DNA from: Candidatus Babeliales bacterium
GTDB taxonomy: Bacteria; Babelota; Babeliae; Babelales; Vermiphilaceae
Assembly (NCBI GenBank): GCA_963743635.1
Contig: CAVUQO010000002.1
Coordinates: 224,001-288,000, forward strand
DNA length: 64,000 nucleotides
Direction of reading: 5' to 3'
Numbering within the stretch: position 1 is the stretch's first letter; the number at the start of each line of letters is the position of its first letter. Below are positions 1 to 10,439 of the stretch, in pieces. Under the pieces are notes generated by a model. The model was not told the DNA's origin. It saw nothing but the letters and a program-made list of their open reading frames with translations, and did no database searches. Position numbers and translations under genes: made by a program.

Positions 1-270
1 CACTTCATCAGGATTTTTAAGATTGTTGGGCACTAAAAATGCGGAAATACTATCTTTGTTCATCGCAAGAAAGTGAGTCTTCGTGCGATCATAAATCGGA
101 GCGCGTGGCGGATTTTGGGTAAGCGTCATGCTGTATTGTTTATCCCCAAGATTCATGAAAAAGTCATGATGCCATATTTGTATGAGTGATAGATTTATGA
201 TGATCGTTATGTAGAGGAGCATAAATAAAAAAAAGATACATACGATCCGGAATTTATAACTTTTCTTCAT
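1..270 (-). CDS. ftsI: Penicillin-binding protein (FtsI/PBP2-like), N-terminal part, runs off window
   Basis: Manual translation from ATG 270: MKKSYKFRIVCIFFLF...LSLIQI...PPRAPIYDRT..LAMN, a TM anchor plus the PBP dimerisation motif; follows an ftsL-like gene. Confidence 0.7.
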   Translation of the reverse strand, partial: MKKSYKFRIVCIFFLFMLLYITIIINLSLIQIWHHDFFMNLGDKQYSMTLTQNPPRAPIYDRTKTHFLAMNKDSISAFLVPNNLKNPDEV

Positions 271-536
271 GATCGTTTAATCTTTTTATTTGTTTAAGTT
301 TGAGCGTGTCCATATGTAACTTTGTTTGTGCATATTGTTTGATGGCGGTGCGATTTTTGAGTGCTTGCAGTTCTTGCGTGAATTGTTGTTTTTCTTGGAG
401 CAATGATGCTGCGTGCAAGCTCATATTTTTGCTTGGCATATGATGCTTGCACCAAAAACTATGTTTATAAATTTGGAGTACGATACAGACAAGATGTACG
501 CCAATGAATAACGGGTATAATGGGCGATCGCTTCAT
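254..536 (-). CDS. FtsL-like cell division protein (frameshifted in assembly)
   Basis: Short TM plus coiled-coil ending ...IKQYAQTKLHM, overlapping the ftsI start; ATG at 536 needs indels to join ORF 254..439. Confidence 0.5.
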
Positions 537-608
537 ATGCTACTCTTTCACAAATGGTACACAATTTTCATGACTCTATCATGAAGTCAGTGAGAGTTGA
601 AAGAGTTT

Positions 609-703
609 CCCATTCGAGATGTTCTTCGTCTCTATTTACCGTTCATCCTGCCTGTCCTGCGTAGCCTTGGCGAAGCACGGAAGTAGCGAAGCGTATCGAA
701 GGG
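609..703. repeat. REP-like palindromic element abutting the bamA stop codon
   Basis: CCCATTCGAGA...CCGTTCATCCTG...AGTAGCGAAGCGTATCGAAGGG; motifs shared with 4940-5001, 13919-14049 and 53434-53564. Confidence 0.65.
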
Positions 704-3319
704 TTACCAATCGTACGACATACCAAAGTGTACTTCGTGCGCAGATTCACCCTTACGTGCATCGAGTTTAAAGCCCCAATCGATACGTACTGGAACCGGA
801 TTTAAAATACGGACACCAGCGCCAACTGAATGTCGATATGAGAACGAGTTATTTGCAAGGAATTGCGGCGGTATATCTTTCGCGTATGGATTATCCCAGC
901 CAGCACCACCATCATAGAAGAATAAGCCCTTCATACTAAAGTCTGGAGTGATAGGGAAGATCAATTCTACGTTTACAAACGCAGCTTTACGTCCGCCAAT
1001 AGGTGAGGTGCGCACTTCTTCATCGCCAGCAACTCTAAATTGAGGCCCGATTTCACCAAACAGGAATCCACGAACGCTGGCAGGGCCACCGATGTTATAG
1101 AGTTCGCGGTATGGAATTGTTTTATCATTCAGGCGAGTGACCATGCCAATATAACCATGCAGTCTAAATACAAGATCAATTTCTTCGATAAGTGGCGTAA
1201 ACCAGTTACCTTCAAGATCAAGCTTGTTATAACTAATTTCACCGCCCAATGCAGGGAATCCAAACGCAGAGCGAAGGAGCCAGGTGTGCCCGCGGCTTGG
1301 ATGCATCGGATGATTCTTTTTATCTTGACCAAGATTGATGGCAAGAAGTCCAAGTGAGCCAGATTTAAATTCTTGTTCAACTACTGTTCGATATGAATTT
1401 TCGGCAAGTAGTCGTTGGGATGGAGAAAGGAAGCTCGGCATTTGCACCTGAATTTGATCGACGTTTCCTTCATTTTGTATATTTTCTAGACCAGTGTTAA
1501 AGCGCAGGAATGTATCGGTAAATGCCGGAGAGCGCAATGCAAGCATGGTGCCGAGCGTTATGATGCCACCGCTATTTTTTTGCGTTATTGGTCTGATAAA
1601 GCGTAGCTCATCATAGCCCAATCGTTTATGGTAAATATCAAGAGCGCCATAAATTGGTTTATCAAAGAGCCATGGTTGAGTCAGGTTAAAGGTAACCGTT
1701 TTTGCTTCACGTGCAAGACTGCCGGTGAGATTGAATTTCACGCCGCTACCAAATAGGTTCGTGTCGGTCACATTACCTTCAACCGATACACCACTCAAAG
1801 GATTTGAAAGACTGGTCGGAGAACCACCAAAACCAAGTTTCATGTGGGCGTTACCAGTTCGTGCTTCCTTGAGCATCAAATCAAGATCCGCATTGGTTTC
1901 ATCAATACGATTGATTTTCCAGTTTACGCCATCTCGTTGTTCGAAATATCCTAAACTTTCAATCCGATTCTTTGATCCTTCCATGCGAGAGTTCGTAAGA
2001 AGATCGCCTTCTTCAAGCGATATATTACGACGAATTACTTTATCCTTAGTCTTTTTGTTACCACGTATGGAAATTTTGTTTAAAAAGACTTGTTTGCCGA
2101 TATCAGAGTGGAAAGAGATATTGACCGTCTTATTTTCATCATTAGGAATGATTGATGGTTCGATATGCGCATAAATGTACCCAAAATCGCCCCATACTTT
2201 TTCCAAAAGCTTGATGGTATTCATCACCGCTTCACGAGAATAGATATTGCCTGGTTTGATAGGAATTATCGCTTCAAGATATTTATCGTCGATAATATCA
2301 TTGCCTGCAACCATCACTTGATTGATTGTATATTGATCGCCTTCTTTGATTTCTATGGCGAGATTGATATGACCTTTTGGTTCAATATTGGTAGCAATAT
2401 CAACAACCTTGGCATTGAGATAACCGTTATTTTGGTAATGCTGTTCAATGGCTTGTTTGTCTCCCATTTCAACGCGATCAGGCATATAAAGGCCTGATTT
2501 ATCGAGTGCTCCCAAAATCCAATCTTCGCGAGAATACATGATTCCGCGCAACGCCTTATCGCTGATCGAATGATTGCCGGAAAAAGTAATGCGTTTAATG
2601 AGTGATTGTTTGTGTTCGGTGATTTCGAATATGGCTGTAGCATTGCCGTCTTCATCAAATTCGAGGTATGGCTTGATATCAGTTAAGAAATAACCCTTTT
2701 CAAGATAAATCTTTTTGATTTGCTGTGCATAAGTGGTTAACTCTTCAGGGTCGATCGCGGGAAGATCTTTGAGCGTAACCGCTGTTTCAATTTCGGTTTT
2801 TTTAACCTGGGAGTTGCCTTTATAAATTACTTCTTTGAGTACAGGCTTTTCAAGAACATCGATATACAGGATGAGTTCATTGTCCCCAATGTCTTCGCCA
2901 TAGAGAGAAATATCTCTAAATCTTTTCAGATCATGATAGAGACGTAAAATGGCAGTACGCGTTTTTCTGCGGTCAAATGGTTCACCAACGCGATACGGAA
3001 TTCGATCCAATATTGCATCGGTTGGTACGTGAATATTACCATTTACGATGATTTTTTTGATAATGCGATCGTTCGGATCATGATATTCAAGAACTTCTTC
3101 TTCTGGCCCATCATCATCTGCTGGCAAATCTACAGGTTCGAGCATTGATTCTTCTGCATTTTCTGCAGTTTGCTCGTGCTCTGGGGAAACAATAGTTATT
3201 GCTTCTTCTTCATCGCCTGTATTGGTTTCAATTATTAAAACACTCAGTAATGAGCATAACAATAACGAAAAAATATAGGTGTGCGTTTTTAAAATTTTGT
3301 TCTTGCTAAAAGCTGCCAT
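704..3319 (-). CDS. bamA: Outer membrane protein assembly factor BamA
   Basis: POTRA repeats (GNKKTKDKVIRR), VRGF motif, C-terminal aromatic strand HFGMSYDW. Confidence 0.95.
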   Translation of the reverse strand: MAAFSKNKILKTHTYIFSLLLCSLLSVLIIETNTGDEEEAITIVSPEHEQTAENAEESMLEPVDLPADDDGPEEEVLEYHDPNDRIIKKIIVNGNIHVPTDAILDRIPYRVGEPFDRRKTRTAILRLYHDLKRFRDISLYGEDIGDNELILYIDVLEKPVLKEVIYKGNSQVKKTEIETAVTLKDLPAIDPEELTTYAQQIKKIYLEKGYFLTDIKPYLEFDEDGNATAIFEITEHKQSLIKRITFSGNHSISDKALRGIMYSREDWILGALDKSGLYMPDRVEMGDKQAIEQHYQNNGYLNAKVVDIATNIEPKGHINLAIEIKEGDQYTINQVMVAGNDIIDDKYLEAIIPIKPGNIYSREAVMNTIKLLEKVWGDFGYIYAHIEPSIIPNDENKTVNISFHSDIGKQVFLNKISIRGNKKTKDKVIRRNISLEEGDLLTNSRMEGSKNRIESLGYFEQRDGVNWKINRIDETNADLDLMLKEARTGNAHMKLGFGGSPTSLSNPLSGVSVEGNVTDTNLFGSGVKFNLTGSLAREAKTVTFNLTQPWLFDKPIYGALDIYHKRLGYDELRFIRPITQKNSGGIITLGTMLALRSPAFTDTFLRFNTGLENIQNEGNVDQIQVQMPSFLSPSQRLLAENSYRTVVEQEFKSGSLGLLAINLGQDKKNHPMHPSRGHTWLLRSAFGFPALGGEISYNKLDLEGNWFTPLIEEIDLVFRLHGYIGMVTRLNDKTIPYRELYNIGGPASVRGFLFGEIGPQFRVAGDEEVRTSPIGGRKAAFVNVELIFPITPDFSMKGLFFYDGGAGWDNPYAKDIPPQFLANNSFSYRHSVGAGVRILNPVPVRIDWGFKLDARKGESAHEVHFGMSYDW

Positions 3320-3507
3320 TGAGATGCTCCTGGGGTCGTAAGCAGTCGTCTGTATGCGCGATTCATTACTACTTTATATGGACCCTAATAATACTAATTT
3401 TTTTGAAATAAGCCAGCGCATGTCATGAATTCCATAAAATAACAAAATATGGTACCCTTATCAGTGACTAAAAAATCGCTTATATCATGTGTATCGTGAG
3501 AGAGAAT

Positions 3508-4845
3508 ATGTTGTATTTAACCAATAGTTTAACGGGAAAAAAAGAAGAATTTAAGCCAATAACACCAGGGCACGTGCTGATGTATGTGTGTGGTGTCACT
3601 CCCTATGATAAGGCGCATGTTGGTCATGGAAGATGTTATATTACCTTTGACGTTCTGTTTCGGCTGTTAACATTTTTGGGTTACAAGGTTTCCTATTGCC
3701 GTAATTTTACCGATATCGATGATAAAATTTTAAATAAAGCAGAAAAAGAATTTGGCGATCGGCAACGCTATAAAGATATCTCTGCCCGTTACATTGCCAG
3801 CTATCATGCAGATATGCAAAAAATCAATTGTTTACCGCCAACATTTGAGCCGCGTGTTACGGAGACCATTCAGCCTATTATTGATTTTATTGCTGGTCTT
3901 ATTCAGGAGGGCAAGGCCTACGCAGTTGATGGCGATGTTTATTTTCGCATCAATGCATTTCCTGAATATGGCAAATTATCAAAGCATAAATTGCAAGATT
4001 TGCATGCGGGAGTGCGCGTTGAATTAAACAGCAAAAAGGAGCATCCGCTTGATTTTGCATTATGGAAAGCAGAACCAGACGGTACCTTTTGGAAAAGTCC
4101 ATGGGGGTATGGTAGGCCAGGCTGGCATATCGAATGTTCTGCAATGGCATCAAAATATTTAGCGCAGCATATTGATATTCATGCAGGTGGTCTTGATCTT
4201 ATGTTTCCACATCATGAGAATGAAATTGCACAATCTGAGGCATTGCAAGGCGCGCCATTTGCACGTTATTGGGTGCATAATGGGTTTGTGCAGGTGAATA
4301 ACGAGAAGATGTCTAAATCATTGGGCAATTTCTTTATGCTTGAGGATGTATTTAAGCAGTTTGATCCGATGGTAGTACGATACTATATTTTAACCCATCA
4401 ATATCGCACACCGCTCGATTTTTCTTTTGATGACATGAAAGCTACACAAAAAAGTTATGAGCGCTTATGCAGGATATTTGAGCATGTAGAATCGCTTTCT
4501 GAGTTTCGCTATGCGGACGTAAAAGAGGAGCCAGTGATACAAGCGCTGCTTAACTTTTTGTGTGATGATATGAATACTCCCGGAATGTTTGGCGTACTTT
4601 TTGAAAAACTACCCGAAATACAATCAAATCCGCATCTTGCGCGCATGGTAAAATCATTCCTGATGGATATTCTTGGTTTGCGGATGGAACCATTGCCGGA
4701 AGTTGCCATTGAGATTACTCCTGCGGTGCAGGCGTTAATTGATGCGCGAACTCAGGCGCGTGCGGAGAAAAATTGGAAACGTGCTGATGAGATTCGTGAT
4801 CAGTTGCAGGAAATGGGCATTGATCTGAAAGATAAGAAGTTATAA
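3508..4845 (+). CDS. cysS: Cysteine--tRNA ligase
   Basis: YVCGVTPYD..HVGH, GRPGWHIECSAM, KMSKSLGN. Confidence 0.98.
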   Translation: MLYLTNSLTGKKEEFKPITPGHVLMYVCGVTPYDKAHVGHGRCYITFDVLFRLLTFLGYKVSYCRNFTDIDDKILNKAEKEFGDRQRYKDISARYIASYHADMQKINCLPPTFEPRVTETIQPIIDFIAGLIQEGKAYAVDGDVYFRINAFPEYGKLSKHKLQDLHAGVRVELNSKKEHPLDFALWKAEPDGTFWKSPWGYGRPGWHIECSAMASKYLAQHIDIHAGGLDLMFPHHENEIAQSEALQGAPFARYWVHNGFVQVNNEKMSKSLGNFFMLEDVFKQFDPMVVRYYILTHQYRTPLDFSFDDMKATQKSYERLCRIFEHVESLSEFRYADVKEEPVIQALLNFLCDDMNTPGMFGVLFEKLPEIQSNPHLARMVKSFLMDILGLRMEPLPEVAIEITPAVQALIDARTQARAEKNWKRADEIRDQLQEMGIDLKDKKL

Positions 4846-4867
4846 GCACAATGTATTGCTAGATAAT

Positions 4868-4899
4868 AAAACGGCCCAGAAAAAATCTGGGCCGTTTTA
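4868..4899. terminator. Bidirectional intrinsic terminator (cysS/trxA)
   Basis: AAAACGGCCCAGA-aaaaa-TCTGGGCCGTTTT between convergent genes. Confidence 0.8.
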
Positions 4900-5001
4900 T
4901 TATCCGAATTATTCGAATGAAACTACGACGTAATGTGCCAAGCCTGAAGACCTGGACACATGACCGTGTGCGACGAAGCCTTGGCGTAGACGCAAGGTGG
5001 G

Positions 5002-5322
5002 TTACCCAAGAAGTTCTTTAATTTTTGCTTCTAAATCTTCCTTGCTCATATAGCCGGTTTCTTTTCCTTGTACTTTATTATCTTTGATGAAAATAAAGGT
5101 TGGGACTGACGTTACGCCATACTTAATAGAAACTTCTCGCGCTTCATCAACGTTGAGCTTTGCAAATTTATATTTGTGCTCAAGTTCTTGCGCCAGTTCG
5201 TCAAAGATTGGGGCCATTTGTTGGCAAGGTCCGCACCAGGTGGCATAGACGTCTAAAACTACGGGTAATGCAGAGAGGCCAATTTCTTGGTCTACATTTT
5301 CTTTAGTGATCGCAACAGGCAT
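5002..5322 (-). CDS. trxA: Thioredoxin
   Basis: WCGPC active site, 106 aa. Confidence 0.95.
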   Translation of the reverse strand: MPVAITKENVDQEIGLSALPVVLDVYATWCGPCQQMAPIFDELAQELEHKYKFAKLNVDEAREVSIKYGVTSVPTFIFIKDNKVQGKETGYMSKEDLEAKIKELLG

Positions 5323-5403
5323 TGATGTTCCTTATTGGAATGGTGATACAGGTTTTATTTTAGAATACTTGGCTAGGGCCAAAAATCAATTAAATCTCTC
5401 AGT

Positions 5404-5997
5404 TCAAGATTGTCTTGATGCAGGCAGTTCACAAGGCGGACATTTTTTAGTGCGCGCTTTTGAAAGATCGCGATCTTCATAGCCTGTGATAATGAGAGAC
5501 TTGAGTGCATTGAAAGGAGCTTTCTTTTCGATGGGGCCTGCATCATTCATTTCATCGCAGGTTATATCTCGTTTCATATCGATTAAATAATTGTGCTTGG
5601 TTCTTTTGGTATCATTTGAGATGACTTCAATTTCGATATATTCGACGGGTCTGCTGCCAGGCTTTTGTTGATAGGTCCAAATTTGATCGGGGTGAGGAAT
5701 GCGCATTTCTTTAATTTCAGAAAGATCTATTTGTGAGATAATGCCATCGACCGGATTTTTACTAAGCACTAAATCTGTCTGTTGTTCAGGCAGCTCATAG
5801 AACTTAATTTGTTTGTACGTGCGTCCGATTGCAATGTTTTCAACCTTAAGTTGTTTACCTGCTTGTGTGGTGATGATGCCAGAAAAATTGACTCGTTGTT
5901 TCACGCGTCCTTCTTCGCTTGTTTCTTCAGAGCTCCAGTTAATAATGATTAGACTGCATCCGACGATATAAAGAATATGTCTTATTGTGTTCATCAT
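5404..5997 (-). CDS. Hypothetical exported/membrane-anchored protein
   Basis: 197-aa ORF with N-terminal hydrophobic segment. Confidence 0.6.
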   Translation of the reverse strand: MMNTIRHILYIVGCSLIIINWSSEETSEEGRVKQRVNFSGIITTQAGKQLKVENIAIGRTYKQIKFYELPEQQTDLVLSKNPVDGIISQIDLSEIKEMRIPHPDQIWTYQQKPGSRPVEYIEIEVISNDTKRTKHNYLIDMKRDITCDEMNDAGPIEKKAPFNALKSLIITGYEDRDLSKARTKKCPPCELPASRQS

Positions 5998-6110
5998 CTA
6001 TCCCTTTTAAAGAAACCTACTTGCATAGATCAATATATTTTTACTATAACTACATAAAGTCACATACCAGGATTGTATAAAAACAAATCTATAAAAAGAA
6101 AGGATGTTGC

Positions 6111-8144
6111 GTGAATCGTTCATTATATTATTTATTATTGGTGGTTATTATTCCCTGCAGTTTTGATCTGAGATCTGATGCGGCTGATACGGCCTCAAGC
6201 CAAGTAACACAAACGAGCACAAAGGCACAACAAAAGGCAGCGCCAAAGACTGCACCAGCAAACGAGGTAAAAGCGGTAGAATCAGAGCCGGCTCAGCAAG
6301 CGCAAGATGATGAGTTTAGTGCAGACACGGAGCAGATGGCGGAAGATACATCGGAATCAGAGGCACCTGTGCAAGAGCCTGCAAAAAAGCAGGTTGCAAT
6401 GAAAAAACAAGCGGCAAAGAAAAAAGGTAAGTCAAAAAAGCAGATGGAGAATGCTGATCAGCAAGAAGCAGCGGCTATGCGCGATGAGCTAGCGGCGATG
6501 GGTCTTGAAGGCAAAGAGCTTGACGATATGCTCAAAGTGCGGCATATGGTTATGGATCTTGTAAAAGAAGGTAAAGAATTTTTCACTGCAAACTCACTTG
6601 ACGTAGCATGCAATGCGATGATCAAAACAAAACAATTTGTCAGAGGCGAAGTCTATCTCTTTCTGTATGATATGGATGGCTATTGCTTAGCTCAGGGCAG
6701 CGATACGGCTAATTTATGGAAAGATTTTAAGCATGAAAAAGTCGGTACTGATGAATATGGCATTTCATTTGTAAATGATTTTATTAGTACAGCGCGTGCT
6801 GGCGGCGGGTGGGTTTCCTATCGCTATAATAATGCAGCTAAAGTTGCATACGTTGAATTAGTTCAAAAAGGTAACACGCAATATGTCATCGGCGGTGGAT
6901 TTTATCCGTATTCAAAAGTATATGCGGTTATGAATTTAGTAAAATTTGCAGTTGCGTATATTAAAGATGCATTCGAAAAAGGCGAAAAAAACGATGAAAT
7001 CTTTAGTACCTTGAGTTTCCCAGGTGGACGCTTTATTACTGGTGATTTATATCTCTATGCACTTGATGAACAAGGGAAATTGTGGGCGCAGGGAGATAAG
7101 CCATCATTGGTTAGGTCAAATGTGTTGAACTACCAAGATGCGAATGGTAAATTCGCAAATCAGGAAATTATCAATCGTTTAAATAAGGGCACCGATGGCG
7201 TTTGGGTTGACTATGTTTCAAAGGGTGCTCCTAAAAAGGCATATGCAGAAAAAGTAACTGATAAGGATGGCAAGAATTATTATATCGTCTGTGGATACTA
7301 TCCAGATACCAATCGCCAAACGGTTGAGGAGATGGTGCATAAGGGTTATGTTGCCATGAAAAAGAGCGGAGAACAGGCCTTTAAAGCTATTAACAGTCAC
7401 AACAAGCAAGATGAATTAGAATTTCATTATGGTGACGTTGATTTACAAGTCTATGCAATCAATGTCCCCAAGAGCAAGAAGGGCGATTGCGTTGCGAACG
7501 GCAGTGATATCGAAGCTATTGGTAAAAACTTTATGGATGAAAAAGATGAAATGGGCAAGCCATACATCAAAAATATTATCGATATGGTTGAGCAAGATAA
7601 AAGTGAGCACGTTGCAGGGCAGGTGAGTCAAAAGCGTAAAAACGCATATGAGTTTACCTATTTTGAAAAGGTGGATACTGGATCAGGCGAATATGTTATC
7701 ATCAGCAGTTTTTATCCAATATCGAAACAAGAAACGATGGAACTATTGGTTAAAGACGCAGTTGGTTTGGTTAAATCAACAAAGCAGGTGAAATTTGCAT
7801 TCAATGAATTTGTGAAGAAAAGTGGCAATTTCTCTCTTGGTGATTTAGAAATATTTGTTTTTGAAAAGAATGGTATATGTGCCGTATTTGGCAGCGATCC
7901 AGACTACATTTGGAGACAAATGATTGATGAGAAAGATGAGCTTGGTGCTCCATACGTGAAGAATTTCATCAATCAAGCGCGCCGCATCCCTGCACGCATT
8001 AAATATAGAATGGATGGCGCTGACGCGCTTGCTTACGTTGAAAAAGTTGATAGAAAAGGAATGACGTTCTACGTAGGATCAAAAATGTTTACCTATGATA
8101 ATATCGAGCTCCAAGACGCGGGCGGCGAAAGCGTGGAATCGTAA
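6111..8144 (+). CDS. Exported protein with four tandem Cache (sCache_2-like) domains
   Basis: Signal peptide, low-complexity linker, four repeats of G(D/E)(L/V)Y..YD..G...A.G...D..G...(V/I)...I. Confidence 0.8.
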   Translation: MNRSLYYLLLVVIIPCSFDLRSDAADTASSQVTQTSTKAQQKAAPKTAPANEVKAVESEPAQQAQDDEFSADTEQMAEDTSESEAPVQEPAKKQVAMKKQAAKKKGKSKKQMENADQQEAAAMRDELAAMGLEGKELDDMLKVRHMVMDLVKEGKEFFTANSLDVACNAMIKTKQFVRGEVYLFLYDMDGYCLAQGSDTANLWKDFKHEKVGTDEYGISFVNDFISTARAGGGWVSYRYNNAAKVAYVELVQKGNTQYVIGGGFYPYSKVYAVMNLVKFAVAYIKDAFEKGEKNDEIFSTLSFPGGRFITGDLYLYALDEQGKLWAQGDKPSLVRSNVLNYQDANGKFANQEIINRLNKGTDGVWVDYVSKGAPKKAYAEKVTDKDGKNYYIVCGYYPDTNRQTVEEMVHKGYVAMKKSGEQAFKAINSHNKQDELEFHYGDVDLQVYAINVPKSKKGDCVANGSDIEAIGKNFMDEKDEMGKPYIKNIIDMVEQDKSEHVAGQVSQKRKNAYEFTYFEKVDTGSGEYVIISSFYPISKQETMELLVKDAVGLVKSTKQVKFAFNEFVKKSGNFSLGDLEIFVFEKNGICAVFGSDPDYIWRQMIDEKDELGAPYVKNFINQARRIPARIKYRMDGADALAYVEKVDRKGMTFYVGSKMFTYDNIELQDAGGESVES

Positions 8145-8167
8145 TAAAATAGATCGTTAAAAGCATC

Positions 8168-8212
8168 AAAAAAGAGTGGGCCGAGTGTATATACTCGGCC
8201 CACTCTTTTTTA
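8168..8212. terminator. Bidirectional intrinsic terminator
   Basis: AAAAAAGAGTGGGCCGAGT...ACTCGGCCCACTCTTTTTT. Confidence 0.85.
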
Positions 8213-8233
8213 TGGTATTTTTTCAGTGCGATC

Positions 8234-8650
8234 TTAGTTTTCAATCTCTTTATGATATTTAATGATGCAATGGTGTCCGGGCGCAGCGCGATTGAATGCG
8301 CCGACGCCGTCATAATATCCGCCGGTAATTGTATAAAGAACCGTTTTATTATTAGTGGTGAATGAAAGCGGCCTGCCTTCACCCTTGCACGATTTCATAT
8401 TGTGATCTTCGATGTTATCGCTGTAAAATACATTGATTTTGGTACCATTGGGGACTGAAATAAATTTTTTATTGCCTTTTTTGAGTGTCTTTATGAATGT
8501 TTTTTTCCCTTTATTCCATTGGATACTCAGATCGCCCTCCGTATTATTCACGATGGATATGCCATCATGTTTCCCAACGGGTTGCATAGGTTTTGCTGCA
8601 TGTATTGCACCTGCAGATACAAGAGTGATCAGCATCATAATCTTTTTCAT
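8234..8650 (-). CDS. Secreted hypothetical protein
   Basis: Signal peptide MKKIMMLITLVSAGAIHA-AKP; AAGGA RBS. Confidence 0.7.
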   Translation of the reverse strand: MKKIMMLITLVSAGAIHAAKPMQPVGKHDGISIVNNTEGDLSIQWNKGKKTFIKTLKKGNKKFISVPNGTKINVFYSDNIEDHNMKSCKGEGRPLSFTTNNKTVLYTITGGYYDGVGAFNRAAPGHHCIIKYHKEIEN

Positions 8651-8682
8651 TATAAAATCCTTAGCAAAAGTGCCGTATGTTT

Positions 8683-9042
8683 TTATTCATTGACTATAGT
8701 TGCGCGTATAGATGGTTGAAAAAAGCTACTATGATCGACCGTAATATCGAGCCTGCTGTTATCGCCTAATTTGTGCATATATTTATCATTGCCATGAAAT
8801 TTATACACAATTTCTTTATAAGGAGGCTTATTGGGCGATGCGCTTATCACAAAATTAGCTACTTCTTTTTGTTGTGGTCGACTGCCTGGTTCGAGTGTAA
8901 ACATGGTGGTTGGATTTTTGGAATCATATGTTTTGCAGACAATGTGCAGAATATAATCTGGTGATATATTGTTAAATTTAACCCATGTTGCCTGTGTAGT
9001 GCATGGCACCAACATAAGCATCATCATAAGACTTTTTTTCAT
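8683..9042 (-). CDS. Secreted hypothetical protein
   Basis: Signal peptide MKKSLMMMLMLVPCTTQA; GGGGAG RBS. Confidence 0.7.
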   Translation of the reverse strand: MKKSLMMMLMLVPCTTQATWVKFNNISPDYILHIVCKTYDSKNPTTMFTLEPGSRPQQKEVANFVISASPNKPPYKEIVYKFHGNDKYMHKLGDNSRLDITVDHSSFFQPSIRATIVNE

Positions 9043-9140
9043 AGTAAACTCCCCTAATCGGAAAATGATTTATCCAATGTGAAGATAGCAAATATGAAAA
9101 ATAGAAATCAATAATAATCATATTAATAGATCTTTTTACA

Positions 9141-9659
9141 TTATTTAATGTAAAGGGCAATGTCGTGGTGGCTATTTTCGATGGTCCACGCTTCTGGAAC
9201 AGTTTGCTCTAAAGTAAGACCAACCTTTTGGGCTACGCGGCATGAAGCGATGTTTTCAGAAAGGATCCATGCTTCAAGACGAGAAATTTCGGGAAATTGA
9301 TCGGTAATAGCGAGTACTGCTTTGAGTGCTTGCGTGGTGTAACCTTTGCCCCATTGATTCTGTGCGAGTGCGTAATACAGTTCTGCTCTGCCATTTTCAT
9401 GCTGTGTGATACTGCATTCTCCGATAATGGTATTAGATTCTTGCAGTGCAATGCCCCAGACGTGCGTTGTTTTTAATGCGTGAATCAATTTGATGTACGC
9501 GATTGTTTCATCGAGAGTTTCATGCGGATTCCAATGCGTAAAATGCGCGACGCGTGGATCGGACGTATAGGAAAAAATAGCGGGTGCATCATTGAGTTCA
9601 ATCGGCCTGAGAACCAATTCTTCCGTGATAAGACATCGATATGATGGTGAGAATGCCAT
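9141..9659 (-). CDS. RimJ/RimL-family GNAT N-acetyltransferase
   Basis: TEELVLRP, QWGKGYTTQAL, ENIASCRVAQKVG. Confidence 0.85.
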   Translation of the reverse strand: MAFSPSYRCLITEELVLRPIELNDAPAIFSYTSDPRVAHFTHWNPHETLDETIAYIKLIHALKTTHVWGIALQESNTIIGECSITQHENGRAELYYALAQNQWGKGYTTQALKAVLAITDQFPEISRLEAWILSENIASCRVAQKVGLTLEQTVPEAWTIENSHHDIALYIK

Positions 9660-9798
9660 GCTCAATCTTTCTACTTTTTTGTAATAGTATAGCATGGCTC
9701 CAAAAAATGGATATTTTTTGGCTGTTTTTCAGGTTTGTGGTCGATTTAAGCGGATTGTATTGATGCAAGCATGGTGATACAATTGTTGAGGTTTTAAT

Positions 9799-9832
9799 AA
9801 AAAAGGCCCACAGAAATTCTGTGGGCCTTTTT
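9799..9832. terminator. Intrinsic terminator downstream of dps
   Basis: AAAAAGGCCCACAGAA-TTCTGTGGGCCTTTTT. Confidence 0.8.
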
Positions 9833-9864
9833 GCTACATCAATTTTTTGCGGTTCGGTATTTTT

Positions 9865-10350
9865 TTATTTTGCATCCTCAAGCACCGTCGCACGTAACAT
9901 CCACGCTAGTTTTTCATGTTTTTCAAGTAATCCACCAAGGAAATTTTCAGTACCATAATCATGATGATCGACGACGACGTTTTTCATATCATCACGCATG
10001 GAGCAAATGACAGTTTCATGATCAGCAAGCAAGTTTTTGAGCATTTCGTGCGCCTTAGGTTGGATACCTGGCGTTTCTTTCAAGCGTGTATATTGAGAAA
10101 ATTCAGCGAGAGTGCCAAAAGAGGGAGCGCCAAGCGCACGCACGCGTTCTGCAACTTCATCAACTATTTCAAGGAGTTCTCGATATTGTTCTTCTAACAT
10201 TTTATGCAAATCATGAAAATGTGAACCTTTAACATTCCAGTGATAATTATAGGTTTTGGTGAAAAGTACATATTCATCAGCAAGTAATACATTGAGTGTA
10301 TGCGATATAGTTTTTTGATATTCTTTGGTCAAGCCAGTATTAAGAGACAT
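9865..10350 (-). CDS. dps: DNA starvation/stationary phase protection protein Dps
   Basis: HWNVKGSHFHDLH, DEVAERVRALG, HEKLAWML. Confidence 0.95.
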   Translation of the reverse strand: MSLNTGLTKEYQKTISHTLNVLLADEYVLFTKTYNYHWNVKGSHFHDLHKMLEEQYRELLEIVDEVAERVRALGAPSFGTLAEFSQYTRLKETPGIQPKAHEMLKNLLADHETVICSMRDDMKNVVVDHHDYGTENFLGGLLEKHEKLAWMLRATVLEDAK

Positions 10351-10439
10351 GGAAATCCTTTCATTGAAAATATGATCACTGCTATTGTAATACTGTTGAG
10401 CTAATGCAGCAAGGTGATGATCGTGGGAAAAGGATATAT

